From positions 1,148,972-1,172,971 of the forward strand of contig NZ_AP023032.1 of assembly GCF_019670105.1 (NCBI RefSeq): DNA of 24,000 bases. The letters are read 5' to 3'. The stretch comes from Agarivorans albus (GTDB lineage Bacteria > Pseudomonadota > Gammaproteobacteria > Enterobacterales > Celerinatantimonadaceae). Shown here one piece after another: positions 1 to 7,379 of the stretch; within the stretch, counting starts at the first letter, position 1; each line of letters opens with the position of its first letter. The notes below the pieces were generated by a model. The model worked only from the letters and a program-made list of their open reading frames with translations, had not been told where the DNA came from and ran no database searches. The translations under genes were made by a program, and so were the position numbers.

Positions 1-2
1 AC

Positions 3-722
3 ATTGATGAAGCGAGATTGTTACATCGCAAGGTCGAGTCAATATTTCTTATCGACGGTAATGTAATGGCGATGCGCACCGACAAGCTGTTAAAGATCCT
101 AGATAAAATAAAAGTGACCTTTCCTGAGCTAAAGCACTTGGCGCTGTATTCGGGCTTTAATGATTTTCGTCGTAAGAGTATGTCGGAGCTAAAAGAACTG
201 CGTTCGGCGGGGCTTACTACTGCTTATTCTGGATTAGAGTCTGGCGATCCTATTGTGCTGGAGCGGATTAAAAAGGGCATGACACGTGAGCATGCAATTA
301 AAGGTATGGAGATGGCGCGTGAAGCAAATATTCAAGTGCTTGCCTCGTTTATTTTTGGTCTTGGTGGCAAAGAGCGTTCTGTTGAGCATGCTAAAAACAC
401 CACTAGTTTGCTTAATATTATGCGTCCAGATGCGATTGCGCCAATGGCGCTTGCTATTCAACCGGGTAGCGAGTTGGAGCGGGAGCTACATCGGGGAGAG
501 TTTGCTCTGCCCACACCGCTACAGATTTTAGAAGAGGAAAAGTACTTGCTGGAAAACATGGATGATTTTCCGTGTTATTACTGGGGTGACCATGGCAACA
601 ACATAGCATCTATGCGCGGGGTTTGGCCCGAGGTTCGCCAATCTTTCTTGCAGAATATTAATCAGCATATCGCGCATAATCCAATGGCGAAGAAAAATGC
701 GATTGAGACCTATGCATGGTAG
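3..722 (+). CDS. Radical SAM domain protein, C-terminal part (5' end lies off the left edge)
   Basis: The reading frame is open from base 3 with no upstream stop, so the listed Met at 18 is internal. The segment FLIDGNVMAM...LYSGFNDF...GLESGDPIVLERIKKGMT...FIFGLGG fits the distal TIM-barrel half of radical-SAM enzymes. The CxxxCxxC cluster would lie upstream of the window. A terminator follows. Confidence 0.6.
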   Translation: MDEARLLHRKVESIFLIDGNVMAMRTDKLLKILDKIKVTFPELKHLALYSGFNDFRRKSMSELKELRSAGLTTAYSGLESGDPIVLERIKKGMTREHAIKGMEMAREANIQVLASFIFGLGGKERSVEHAKNTTSLLNIMRPDAIAPMALAIQPGSELERELHRGEFALPTPLQILEEEKYLLENMDDFPCYYWGDHGNNIASMRGVWPEVRQSFLQNINQHIAHNPMAKKNAIETYAW

Positions 723-770
723 AAAGTTGCCCAGAGATTTAATCTAAAAACATTCAATATCAAGTTAATA

Positions 771-797
771 AGCGGCTGTACTAGAGCCGCTTTTTTT
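771..797 (+). terminator. Rho-independent terminator of the radical-SAM gene
   Basis: Stem AGCGGCT (771-777) pairs with AGCCGCT (785-791) around a 7-nt loop. A T7 run (791-797) follows directly. Confidence 0.75.
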
Positions 798-1148
798 ATT
801 GGTTTAAATAAAGCTTAAAGTAACTTTTTAATGCTAGTTTGCCAATCACCACCACCTGTTATTTCTCAAGGTTTTTCTTATTAAGCGAGTTTCGGTTTGT
901 AGTGATGAACTGCATTTTTTGTGTTCAGGTTAGAAACACTTTTCGACCTGCTGTAGCCATTCATTAATTAGGTTTCTCTTATGTTTAACCTCTATATTGA
1001 TCATTAAATTCAATGGCTTATATTGTTAATCTTTTCTTTATTTAGTTTCGTTTTTTCTTTGATTGTTTAAACAATGAGCTAGGAATACTTTGTAGTTAGT
1101 TATCCACGGGCTGATAACGAAACAATCATAAAATGGAAGGAACTGAAT

Positions 1149-1994
1149 ATGGCTTACCAAGGCTACACAACATTTAGCGCAAAACAAGATGACGCGATTT
1201 TATATGTCACGTTTGATTTTGGAACGGTTAACGTACAAGGTCAGGAGATGCTAGCTGACCTAAATGGTTTGGCGCTGCGTTTAGAACGCGATCGCAGCGT
1301 AAAAGTGGTGGTATTTCAATCGGCAAATCCAGAAATTTGGGTATGTCATTATGATACGGACTTGCTTAAAGATATGTCGACTGAGGCGGTATCTCGCGAA
1401 GACGCAAAACTACTCGACTTACAAGCAGTGCTTGAGCGCATTAGTAAGCTGCCTCAAGCGACCATTGCTAAACTCGAAGGCTTTGCCCGTGGCGGCGGTC
1501 ATGAGTTTGCCTTAGCTTGTGATATGCGCTTTGCTGCACGCGGCAAATACAAATTCATGCAAATGGAAGTGGGCATGGGCATCTTGCCATGCGGCGGAGG
1601 TGCTTCGCGTATGGCTCGCCAAGTAGGTTTGGGCCGCGCTTTAGAAATTGTATTAAGCGCACGTGATTTTAGCGCCGACGAAGCTGAAGCTTACGGCACC
1701 ATTAATAAGGCCTTAGAACCCGATGAAATTGGCCCTTATGTTGATGCGCTCGCGCAACGTATATCTAAATTCCCTGCAGAATCAATTAACGCTTGTAAGC
1801 AGATGGTGTACGAGTCAATCGATAAACCGATAGATGAAGCGCTTAAAGCAGAAGCATATTGGCTATACCAAGCGACTAGTAAAACACCTGCTGTTAAGCG
1901 TTTCCAAATCGCCGACGAGCAGGGCTTAGAGCACGATATCGAGAACCAACGTAACTGGGAACAGTTAGTTATGAATGTTCAAGATATTAACTAG
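1149..1994 (+). CDS. Enoyl-CoA hydratase/isomerase (crotonase) family protein
   Basis: 281-aa ORF. RBS GGAAGGA lies 7 nt before the ATG. Crotonase-fold oxyanion-hole region: VVVFQSANPEIW...GFARGGGHEFALACDMRFAA...MEVGMGILPCGGGASRMAR. Confidence 0.8.
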   Translation: MAYQGYTTFSAKQDDAILYVTFDFGTVNVQGQEMLADLNGLALRLERDRSVKVVVFQSANPEIWVCHYDTDLLKDMSTEAVSREDAKLLDLQAVLERISKLPQATIAKLEGFARGGGHEFALACDMRFAARGKYKFMQMEVGMGILPCGGGASRMARQVGLGRALEIVLSARDFSADEAEAYGTINKALEPDEIGPYVDALAQRISKFPAESINACKQMVYESIDKPIDEALKAEAYWLYQATSKTPAVKRFQIADEQGLEHDIENQRNWEQLVMNVQDIN

Positions 1995-2005
1995 AACAAG
2001 CTAAC

Positions 2006-2054
2006 AAGAAAGCTCCTACGGTTTTAACTCGAAAGAGAAACGCGGAGCTTTCTT
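2006..2054 (+). terminator. Possible terminator hairpin after the crotonase gene
   Basis: Perfect 11-bp stem: AAGAAAGCTCC (2006-2016) with GGAGCTTTCTT (2044-2054). The loop is large (27 nt) and the trailing tract (ATTTCT) is only weakly T-rich. Confidence 0.4.
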
Positions 2055-2136
2055 ATTTCTATAGCTCATCAAGCCAAGCGCTAAAGCGAATAGTTTATTC
2101 ACCCCAATCAACAAAATAAGAGGTTCACTATGCTAG

Positions 2137-2382
2137 GTGAAAGCCATTCATTTACTGCACGAATTTCCCAAGTCTAAAGCAAGTATTTTAAGCTTAGTTA
2201 ACAGCGACGAAAATTTTGCTAAAGATGCTCAGCACTACGAAAACTTAGACAATAAAATTAGAGAGTTAGAACTCAGCAATTCACAGATTGACGATCAAGC
2301 TATGCACCAGTTGAAGCACGATCGCTCCTTGCTAAAAGACTCGCTTTATCAGCGGATCTTGCAAGTGGAAACGGAACAGTAA
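2137..2382 (+). CDS. DUF465 (YdcH-like) small protein; 5' end possibly frameshifted
   Basis: LLHEFPKSK...L...DENFAK....YENLDNKIRELE...DD.AMHQLKHDRSLLKDSLYQRI matches the DUF465 pattern as I recall it. The ORF opens with GTG at 2137. The good RBS (AAGAGG, 2118-2123) instead serves an ATG at 2130 in another frame. Confidence 0.65.
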   Translation: MKAIHLLHEFPKSKASILSLVNSDENFAKDAQHYENLDNKIRELELSNSQIDDQAMHQLKHDRSLLKDSLYQRILQVETEQ

Positions 2383-2397
2383 GAGCAAATAGTTCAT

Positions 2398-2423
2398 AGG
2401 CTCAAGCCTTAGCGCTTGAGCCT
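2398..2423. terminator. Hairpin between convergent genes (possible bidirectional terminator)
   Basis: Perfect 10-bp stem: AGGCTCAAGC (2398-2407) with GCTTGAGCCT (2414-2423), 6-nt loop. There is no clear U-tract on either strand. Confidence 0.45.
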
Positions 2424-2441
2424 ACTGCTGTGATTAGTTGT

Positions 2442-3347
2442 TTAAGGCGCTGGATATTCTTTGATAGCAAACGCTGGTGTTGTTATACCTTTAATATCAT
2501 CAAGTTCTATGGCAAAAACGCCGCCACTTAGCGGATAATCGCGCAGTTGTTGGTCACTCATGCCTTCACGAGCGCTCACTACATATAAGGTGCTTAAGTT
2601 TGGTCCGCCAAAGGCACATTTAGTGACATTAAGTGCTGGAATGGCAATCTGCCGTTCGAGTTTTCCCTCTGGCGTATAGCGGCTTACTCGAGCACCGTTA
2701 TAATGGGCTACCCAAATGTGTTGCTCTGCGTCGATAGTGATTCCGTCGGGGTTGCCAAAGCTGCGGTCAATCTCCAGCCAAGGCTCTAATGTTGATGCAT
2801 CACCATCATCAGTCAACTTGCTACGAAGAATGGTAAAGTTTTCGGTATCTACAAAATATCCGTAGCCCTGTTTATCACAGAAGGTTGGGCCATTGGTGAC
2901 CCAGTATTGCTCACTTAATGAGCTAAGGCTAAGCGCTGGCGTTAAGCGGTAGAACTTTCCTGAGTCTTGCTTAATTTGGCAATCCATTGAACCTAACCAA
3001 AGATCACCATTTGGGGCAACCCAGGCATCATTAAGGCGGTTGTCTGGTAACTGAGGTTCTGGGTCTAGTAAAGGATAAACTGTTCCGTCGCGTAACAGTT
3101 TAACGCCGTCGGCATAGGTGGCGACAAAGGTGGTGCTTTCTCCGGGTATCTGGGTCGGTAAAACTGCGCTAATCATTGGCTTTTGCGACCAGCTTTGTTG
3201 CTCTCCTGAACTTGGCTGATAGCGGTGTAAAGTTTCTTTAAGAATGTCTACCCAATAGAGCGCTTGCTCTTGCTCTATCCATACTACGCCTTCGCCCAAA
3301 CGTGCTTCGGCTGGCCAAATACATTCCACAGTATATTGCTTCGACAT
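2442..3347 (-). CDS. SMP-30/gluconolactonase/LRE family protein (sugar lactonase-like six-bladed propeller)
   Basis: Family motifs: EGVVW...ALYWVDI, RLNDAWVAPNGDLWLGSM, TNGPTF, PDGITIDAEQHIWVAHYNGARVSRYTPEG, TKCAFGGPNLSTLYVVSA. I prefer the start at 3347 (MSKQY) because AAGGAA lies 5 nt upstream of it. The longest ORF begins at 3374. Confidence 0.8.
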   Translation of the reverse strand: MSKQYTVECIWPAEARLGEGVVWIEQEQALYWVDILKETLHRYQPSSGEQQSWSQKPMISAVLPTQIPGESTTFVATYADGVKLLRDGTVYPLLDPEPQLPDNRLNDAWVAPNGDLWLGSMDCQIKQDSGKFYRLTPALSLSSLSEQYWVTNGPTFCDKQGYGYFVDTENFTILRSKLTDDGDASTLEPWLEIDRSFGNPDGITIDAEQHIWVAHYNGARVSRYTPEGKLERQIAIPALNVTKCAFGGPNLSTLYVVSAREGMSDQQLRDYPLSGGVFAIELDDIKGITTPAFAIKEYPAP

Positions 3348-3534
3348 TCTTGTTCCTTTGCTAAACATGCCCACTGAATGGGATTATCTCATCTCATTAA
3401 ACCCTTATCGATGGTAACACTTCGTAGCTTGGGGATGTTTTGTTTCATCGGGTTTCAGCATCTTTGTGAGTTAAGAACAGGTGGAGTTAAGAGGTGCTTG
3501 TAGAAGAGGGCGTTATTATTAAAAGCGCTTTAAA

Positions 3535-3566
3535 CACTTGGCCGAACAGCTATAGCCGGCCAAGTG
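3535..3566 (-). terminator. Terminator hairpin downstream of the AGE-like gene
   Basis: Perfect 10-bp stem: CACTTGGCCG (3535-3544) with CGGCCAAGTG (3557-3566). On the minus strand it is followed by TTTAAAGCGCTTTTAAT. Confidence 0.55.
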
Positions 3567-3576
3567 CTTTAACAGC

Positions 3577-4989
3577 TTATTTCGCTCGCTTAATGCCAAT
3601 ATCTTGGTAGTTAACTTGGCTAATGGCTAAACCCTGCCAGTTATCAAAGGCTCTAGCTTGGCTTGTTTTAGCTTGATAAAAATATGGTTGGCGTAAAGCG
3701 GCTTGTTCTGCAGGCATGGCAAAGTATAAACGGGCACTTTCGCCATTTAGTTGAGCGCTAGTGAGATAGGCGACGAGTGCATGCTCGAGCGCGTGGTAAT
3801 CACTTTTCCAAAGATGAATTTTGAGCCCCTGATTGGCAACCGGATAGGTGCCGCCATCTTCGGCGATAAAACGTTCAAACCATTGTGGATAGGTATTGGC
3901 TAGGTAACGTTTAGCCTTAGGTTCGACTAAAGCTAGGCTTGCCGCTGCTTGGTCTAGTTCTGCATATTCCCACCAAATAGCTGGAGCGCCATTGGGCAGG
4001 CGACGCCATCCGCCTTCGCCTTGTTCAATAAAGGCGGCTTGCAAGGTGGCCTGAAGGCCTTGTTTGCTTTGGCTAACAAGTTGCTGTTGGCCTAAATACT
4101 CGGCGGCTAACCAACTCATCCACCAAGATTTAGCCGTGTGACCAAAATCATTATGCCGAGCAGAGTCCGGTTGGTAATTATCGCCATGCTTGGTTCCCCA
4201 AAAACGAAAATCATCGGGGCGCAAAAACTGCTGCGTGATGGTGTTAAGCAGTTTAGAAAGATCATTATCCCACTGGCTTTTGTGAGGTTCTGGTAGTAAT
4301 GGCGATATTAGCAACATATAGGCGTTTATTTGGTCGAGTTGCGCCACAAGCTCAACTTCTTCTCCAGTACCGTTGGTGGATGCCGCATTTACCCAGCGCA
4401 AGCGCTGTTGTTGCTCGTCCCAATATTTATCAAATATGTAATCTTTAACTTTTAGTAAGTCATTGAGTACTGCTTTATCGCCAGTTAAGTAGTAGTAAAA
4501 GGCCATGCCTAATTGAGCGTAGGCAAGGTCTTGAGTGGTACGTTGTTTAGCTGAAAATTTTGATTGTCCGTTTTCGGTCACACTCACTACCGAGCCTTGC
4601 TCTTCTAATAAATGCGTGCGCAAATAGTCAACGCCAGCCTTGGCGAGTTGCAAGGCCTGTTTATCACCGGTGAGGTGAAAGATCACTCCGTAAACAAAGG
4701 TGTGCCTAGCCTGCATGCGGGTGTAGCTTTCTCCTAAATGGGGTTTCATCCAGCTGGGAGCTGCGTTGAGTTCATAACAGGGGCTAGCTTGAGTAAAAGC
4801 TGAGCCGTCGTTACAACGAAAAGTTGGAAAGTTACCCATCGGAGAGCCATGAGCATCTTGGTGTAACCAAAAAGGAGCCAGCTCGTTTTCTACGCTATCA
4901 AGCCAGCGTTGGGCAGAAGGGATTTGCAAATCGCCCGCTTGGGCATTGCCGTTAGCAATTAAACACACACTGAGTAATACTCGTTTCAC
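3577..4989 (-). CDS. Secreted N-acylglucosamine 2-epimerase (AGE) superfamily (alpha/alpha)6-barrel protein
   Basis: GTG start, with GAGGAA 7 nt upstream. Signal peptide (M)KRVLLSVCLIANGNAQA. AGE-like motif series: RMQARHTFVYGVIFHLTGD, DLAYAQLGMAFYYYLTGD, FGHTAKSWWMSWL, IWWEYAELDQAA, LWKSDYHALEHAL. Confidence 0.55.
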   Translation of the reverse strand: MKRVLLSVCLIANGNAQAGDLQIPSAQRWLDSVENELAPFWLHQDAHGSPMGNFPTFRCNDGSAFTQASPCYELNAAPSWMKPHLGESYTRMQARHTFVYGVIFHLTGDKQALQLAKAGVDYLRTHLLEEQGSVVSVTENGQSKFSAKQRTTQDLAYAQLGMAFYYYLTGDKAVLNDLLKVKDYIFDKYWDEQQQRLRWVNAASTNGTGEEVELVAQLDQINAYMLLISPLLPEPHKSQWDNDLSKLLNTITQQFLRPDDFRFWGTKHGDNYQPDSARHNDFGHTAKSWWMSWLAAEYLGQQQLVSQSKQGLQATLQAAFIEQGEGGWRRLPNGAPAIWWEYAELDQAAASLALVEPKAKRYLANTYPQWFERFIAEDGGTYPVANQGLKIHLWKSDYHALEHALVAYLTSAQLNGESARLYFAMPAEQAALRQPYFYQAKTSQARAFDNWQGLAISQVNYQDIGIKRAK

Positions 4990-5108
4990 AGTCTATTTCC
5001 TCAAGCTAAAACGCCATCGCTTAAGAGTTTATCTGAGCATTGATAGAAAAAATCAGTGTTAGTACACAGTTTTAGGTGACTTATTGATAGATAGGATGGT
5101 TGAAAGAT

Positions 5109-5133
5109 AGGCGATAGCAATGCGCTATCGCCT
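5109..5133 (-). terminator. Terminator hairpin downstream of rsgA
   Basis: Perfect 10-bp stem: AGGCGATAGC (5109-5118) with GCTATCGCCT (5124-5133), 5-nt loop. It sits 8 nt past the rsgA stop. The U-tract is weak (ATCTTTC). Confidence 0.55.
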
Positions 5134-5140
5134 ATAAGGT

Positions 5141-6196
5141 TTACCCGCGTTGTTTCAACTGCTTAACACTGTTTTGAACACGTCGATAAAACTTGCCTAA
5201 GTCTCTATCGGAGGCTCGTCGCTCAGCTACGCTGGCGGCGTTAAACTGTTGCTCACGCATTAGTTTGTGGTAGTTAACTAAGCGCCTTTCATCTAATAAG
5301 CCCTGGCTTATGGCTTGCTGCACTTGGCAGCCGGGCTCACTGTTGTGTTGGCAATCGGCGAACTTACATTGCTCGGCGAGCTCAGTAATATCGTTGAAGG
5401 TGGCATTTACCCCTTCTTCACAATCGCTGAGTTGTAGCTCACGCATACCGGGAGTGTCTAGCAGTAAGCCGCCGTTCTCCATTAGATGCATTGAGCGCGC
5501 CGTGGTTGTGTGCCTGCCTTTACTATCGGCTTCTCTAATTTCCCCTGTTTGGCTAGTTTGTTCACCTAACAGCGTATTAATAAGGGTAGATTTACCCACC
5601 CCAGAAGAGCCCATAAAGGCAACCGTTTGGCCCTGCTTACACCAAGGGTTAAGTTTGGCCACCTCGTTGGCATCCAGCGAGTTGACTGCTTCAACCATTA
5701 ACATGGGATCAAGCTTTTGTACTTGCTGGATAAAGCTGGGTACGTCGTTACAAGTATCGGCTTTAGTTAGCACCACCACTGGGTCTACTTTTGCTTCATT
5801 AGCTAAGGCCAAATAACGTTCAATACGGCTTAGATTAAAGTTATTGTTCAATGAACATACGATAAATACCGTGTCTACATTGGCGGCAATTAGCTGTAGT
5901 TCAGCACGGGTACCTACTGCCTTACGGCTAAATAAGGTAGCGGGTTCGAGTTGCTTTACAAATTTAGCCTCGGGAGTATTGGCTTGCTCTAACAATAACC
6001 AGTCACCTACGGCCATTTTAGGCATATTGGGGTGAATGGTGATGCGTTGTAAGCCAAGTTCACTGGCGACCAAATATTCACTGCGGTGCTGTTCAAATAC
6101 GCGCGCAGCAGTGTACGAACTTAGTTCGTCTAAATTAAGTTGTTGTTGAAAAAAGGGTTTCCATCCAAGTTGAGATAGAGAAAAAGAAATACCCAT
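5141..6196 (-). CDS. rsgA: Ribosome small-subunit-dependent GTPase A (YjeQ)
   Basis: The GTPase motifs are in circularly permuted order: G4 LTKAD comes before G1 GSSGVGKSTLIN and G3 DTPGMRE. The C-terminal zinc knuckle is CKFADCQHNSEPGC. An N-terminal OB-like region is present. Confidence 0.9.
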   Translation of the reverse strand: MGISFSLSQLGWKPFFQQQLNLDELSSYTAARVFEQHRSEYLVASELGLQRITIHPNMPKMAVGDWLLLEQANTPEAKFVKQLEPATLFSRKAVGTRAELQLIAANVDTVFIVCSLNNNFNLSRIERYLALANEAKVDPVVVLTKADTCNDVPSFIQQVQKLDPMLMVEAVNSLDANEVAKLNPWCKQGQTVAFMGSSGVGKSTLINTLLGEQTSQTGEIREADSKGRHTTTARSMHLMENGGLLLDTPGMRELQLSDCEEGVNATFNDITELAEQCKFADCQHNSEPGCQVQQAISQGLLDERRLVNYHKLMREQQFNAASVAERRASDRDLGKFYRRVQNSVKQLKQRG

Positions 6197-6222
6197 TTGA
6201 GATTACCCCAAGCACAGTTGTG

Positions 6223-6342
6223 CTATAAAAAGAATATAGGGGTCGTTGTTACGCCCCGGTAATAACCGGGCTGAGCAGGAGTAACAGAGTTACGCTTGTT
6301 CCTGAGCCCGAGAAGGTGTGATTACAATCATTTTGTATCCTC
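6223..6342 (-). promoter_or_regulatory. Putative leader/attenuator upstream of rsgA (three overlapping hairpins, U-tract, mini-ORF)
   Basis: All on the minus strand. RBS GAGGA at 6342-6338. Hairpins H1 (6310-6267), H2 (6270-6255) and H3 (6257-6239) share arm nucleotides, so adjacent hairpins are mutually exclusive. H3 is followed by UAUAUUCUUUUUAU. Confidence 0.4.
6290..6331 (-). CDS. Candidate 13-codon leader peptide MIVITPSRAQEQA
   Basis: ATG at 6331-6329 lies 6 nt after GAGGA. An in-frame TAG lies just upstream. Stop TAA at 6292-6290 sits in the apical stem of hairpin H1. The 5' arm of H1 is inside this ORF. Confidence 0.3.
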   Translation of the reverse strand: MIVITPSRAQEQA

Positions 6343-6539
6343 GCTATTGACTAAAAATCGGCTAAATAATAGCAAATGATGTGAGCGAACCCCACAATTA
6401 CTTGAATAACTATTGAGACAAATCAGGTCTTGGATCTTTAAGGCTTAACAGCCACACTGTTTAAAACGATCTTATGAATAACTGCGTATAGCTTATTAAA
6501 GCTTAATTACTAACACGAGCAAGAGAAGTGGAGTAGGGT

Positions 6540-7250
6540 ATGCATTATTTTCGACCCGCACGTGAACGCGGAACTGTTGATTTAGGTTGGCTTAAAAGCC
6601 AGCACAGTTTTTCCTTTGCCAATTATTACGACCCCAAACACATGGGGTATTCAGTATTGCGAGTTATTAATCAAGATAGTGTTGCGCCCAGTAAGGGCTT
6701 TGACACCCATCAGCACAAAGACATGGAAATCATTTCCTACGTAACCCATGGTGCCGTTGAGCATAAAGATAGCATGGGTAATCGTTATCAAGTTCCTGCC
6801 GGTGATATTCAAGTCATGAGTGCAGGCACTGGGCTTAGCCATTCCGAGTTTAATTGCTCTGATGTTGATGACTTAGAGTTTTTGCAAATTTGGATTAAAC
6901 CGCAGCAAACGGGTTTGGCTCCTGCCTATCAGCAAGCGCGGATTAGCCAAGGGGAATTACTAACCCCACTTGTCACTCCTGATGGCCGCGATGGTTCGCT
7001 AATTATGAATCAAGACGCTGCTCTCTATCGCCTTGCACTTAAGCCGAATAGCCAATTTGAATTAGAAGTGATGAAAGCGTGTGGCTATTTGCATGTGGTA
7101 AGCGGTGCAGCAAACTTGCAGCAAGCTTCTGGCAGTGCTTATACGGTTCGACCCGGCGATGGGGTAGGTGTATCAGGTGAAGAAGCCTTAAGCATAAAAA
7201 CGGAAAGCTACGCCCTAGAAGCGCTTTGGTTTGATTTGCCCAGTGCCTGA
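6540..7250 (+). CDS. Pirin family protein (bicupin, YhhW/quercetinase-like)
   Basis: RBS GGAG lies 6 nt upstream. Pirin N-terminal cupin metal-site motif GFDTHQHKDMEIISYVTHGAVEHKDSMGN, then MSAGTGLSHSE. Length is 236 aa. Confidence 0.85.
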   Translation: MHYFRPARERGTVDLGWLKSQHSFSFANYYDPKHMGYSVLRVINQDSVAPSKGFDTHQHKDMEIISYVTHGAVEHKDSMGNRYQVPAGDIQVMSAGTGLSHSEFNCSDVDDLEFLQIWIKPQQTGLAPAYQQARISQGELLTPLVTPDGRDGSLIMNQDAALYRLALKPNSQFELEVMKACGYLHVVSGAANLQQASGSAYTVRPGDGVGVSGEEALSIKTESYALEALWFDLPSA

Positions 7251-7323
7251 ACCGCGTAATTGGCAGATTTTATTATCCATTAAGTAATATCTATTTTTTA
7301 GTTAAATCCTTATGTATAGGCGG

Positions 7324-7337
7324 TGTTAGCGTTAACA
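7324..7337. promoter_or_regulatory. LacI-family-type operator candidate TGTTAGCGTTAACA
   Basis: 14-bp near-palindrome with a central CG, located 14 bp upstream of the predicted -35. The same site occurs at the equivalent place upstream of the paralogue (10218-10231). Confidence 0.45.
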
Positions 7338-7350
7338 TTTGTTTATCTTG

Positions 7351-7379
7351 TTCACAAAAAAAACATAAGAACGTACAAT
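7351..7379 (+). promoter_or_regulatory. Predicted sigma70-type promoter of GH8 gene 1
   Basis: TTCACA-N17-TACAAT. The paralogue has TTCACA-N17-TACGTT at the matching position. This implies a 5' UTR of about 180 nt. Confidence 0.35.

Noticed and set aside
234-531. ORFs 234-461 (minus) and 286-531 (plus)
   Set aside because: They overlap the radical-SAM reading frame, which has the family motifs. They have low-complexity, unlikely compositions.
3348-3374. Longer start (3374, MGMFSKGTR) for the SMP-30-like gene
   Set aside because: The internal ATG at 3347 is preceded by AAGGAA at a 5-nt spacing. The extension carries no RBS.
5310-5816. 168-aa ORF on the plus strand
   Set aside because: It lies entirely inside rsgA on the opposite strand. 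Its Ser/Leu/Cys-rich composition is typical of the antisense frame of a real gene, it has no RBS, and it shows no recognisable motifs.
6348-6376. TTGACT-N17-TAGCAA as a pirin promoter
   Set aside because: The -10 is poor and it would imply a ~170-nt leader. It is not supported by any other signal.
7341-7356. CRP-like site TGTTT-N7-TCACA (and TGTTA-N7-TCACA at 10235-10251)
   Set aside because: The half-site spacing is 7 rather than the canonical 6, and the left half-site is poor. The TCACA is better explained as part of the -35 TTCACA.
7356-7363. A8 homopolymer in the predicted promoter spacer of GH8-1, as a possible slipped-strand phase-variation tract
   Set aside because: The tract is short, it is absent from the paralogous promoter, and there is no other sign of contingency loci in this window.
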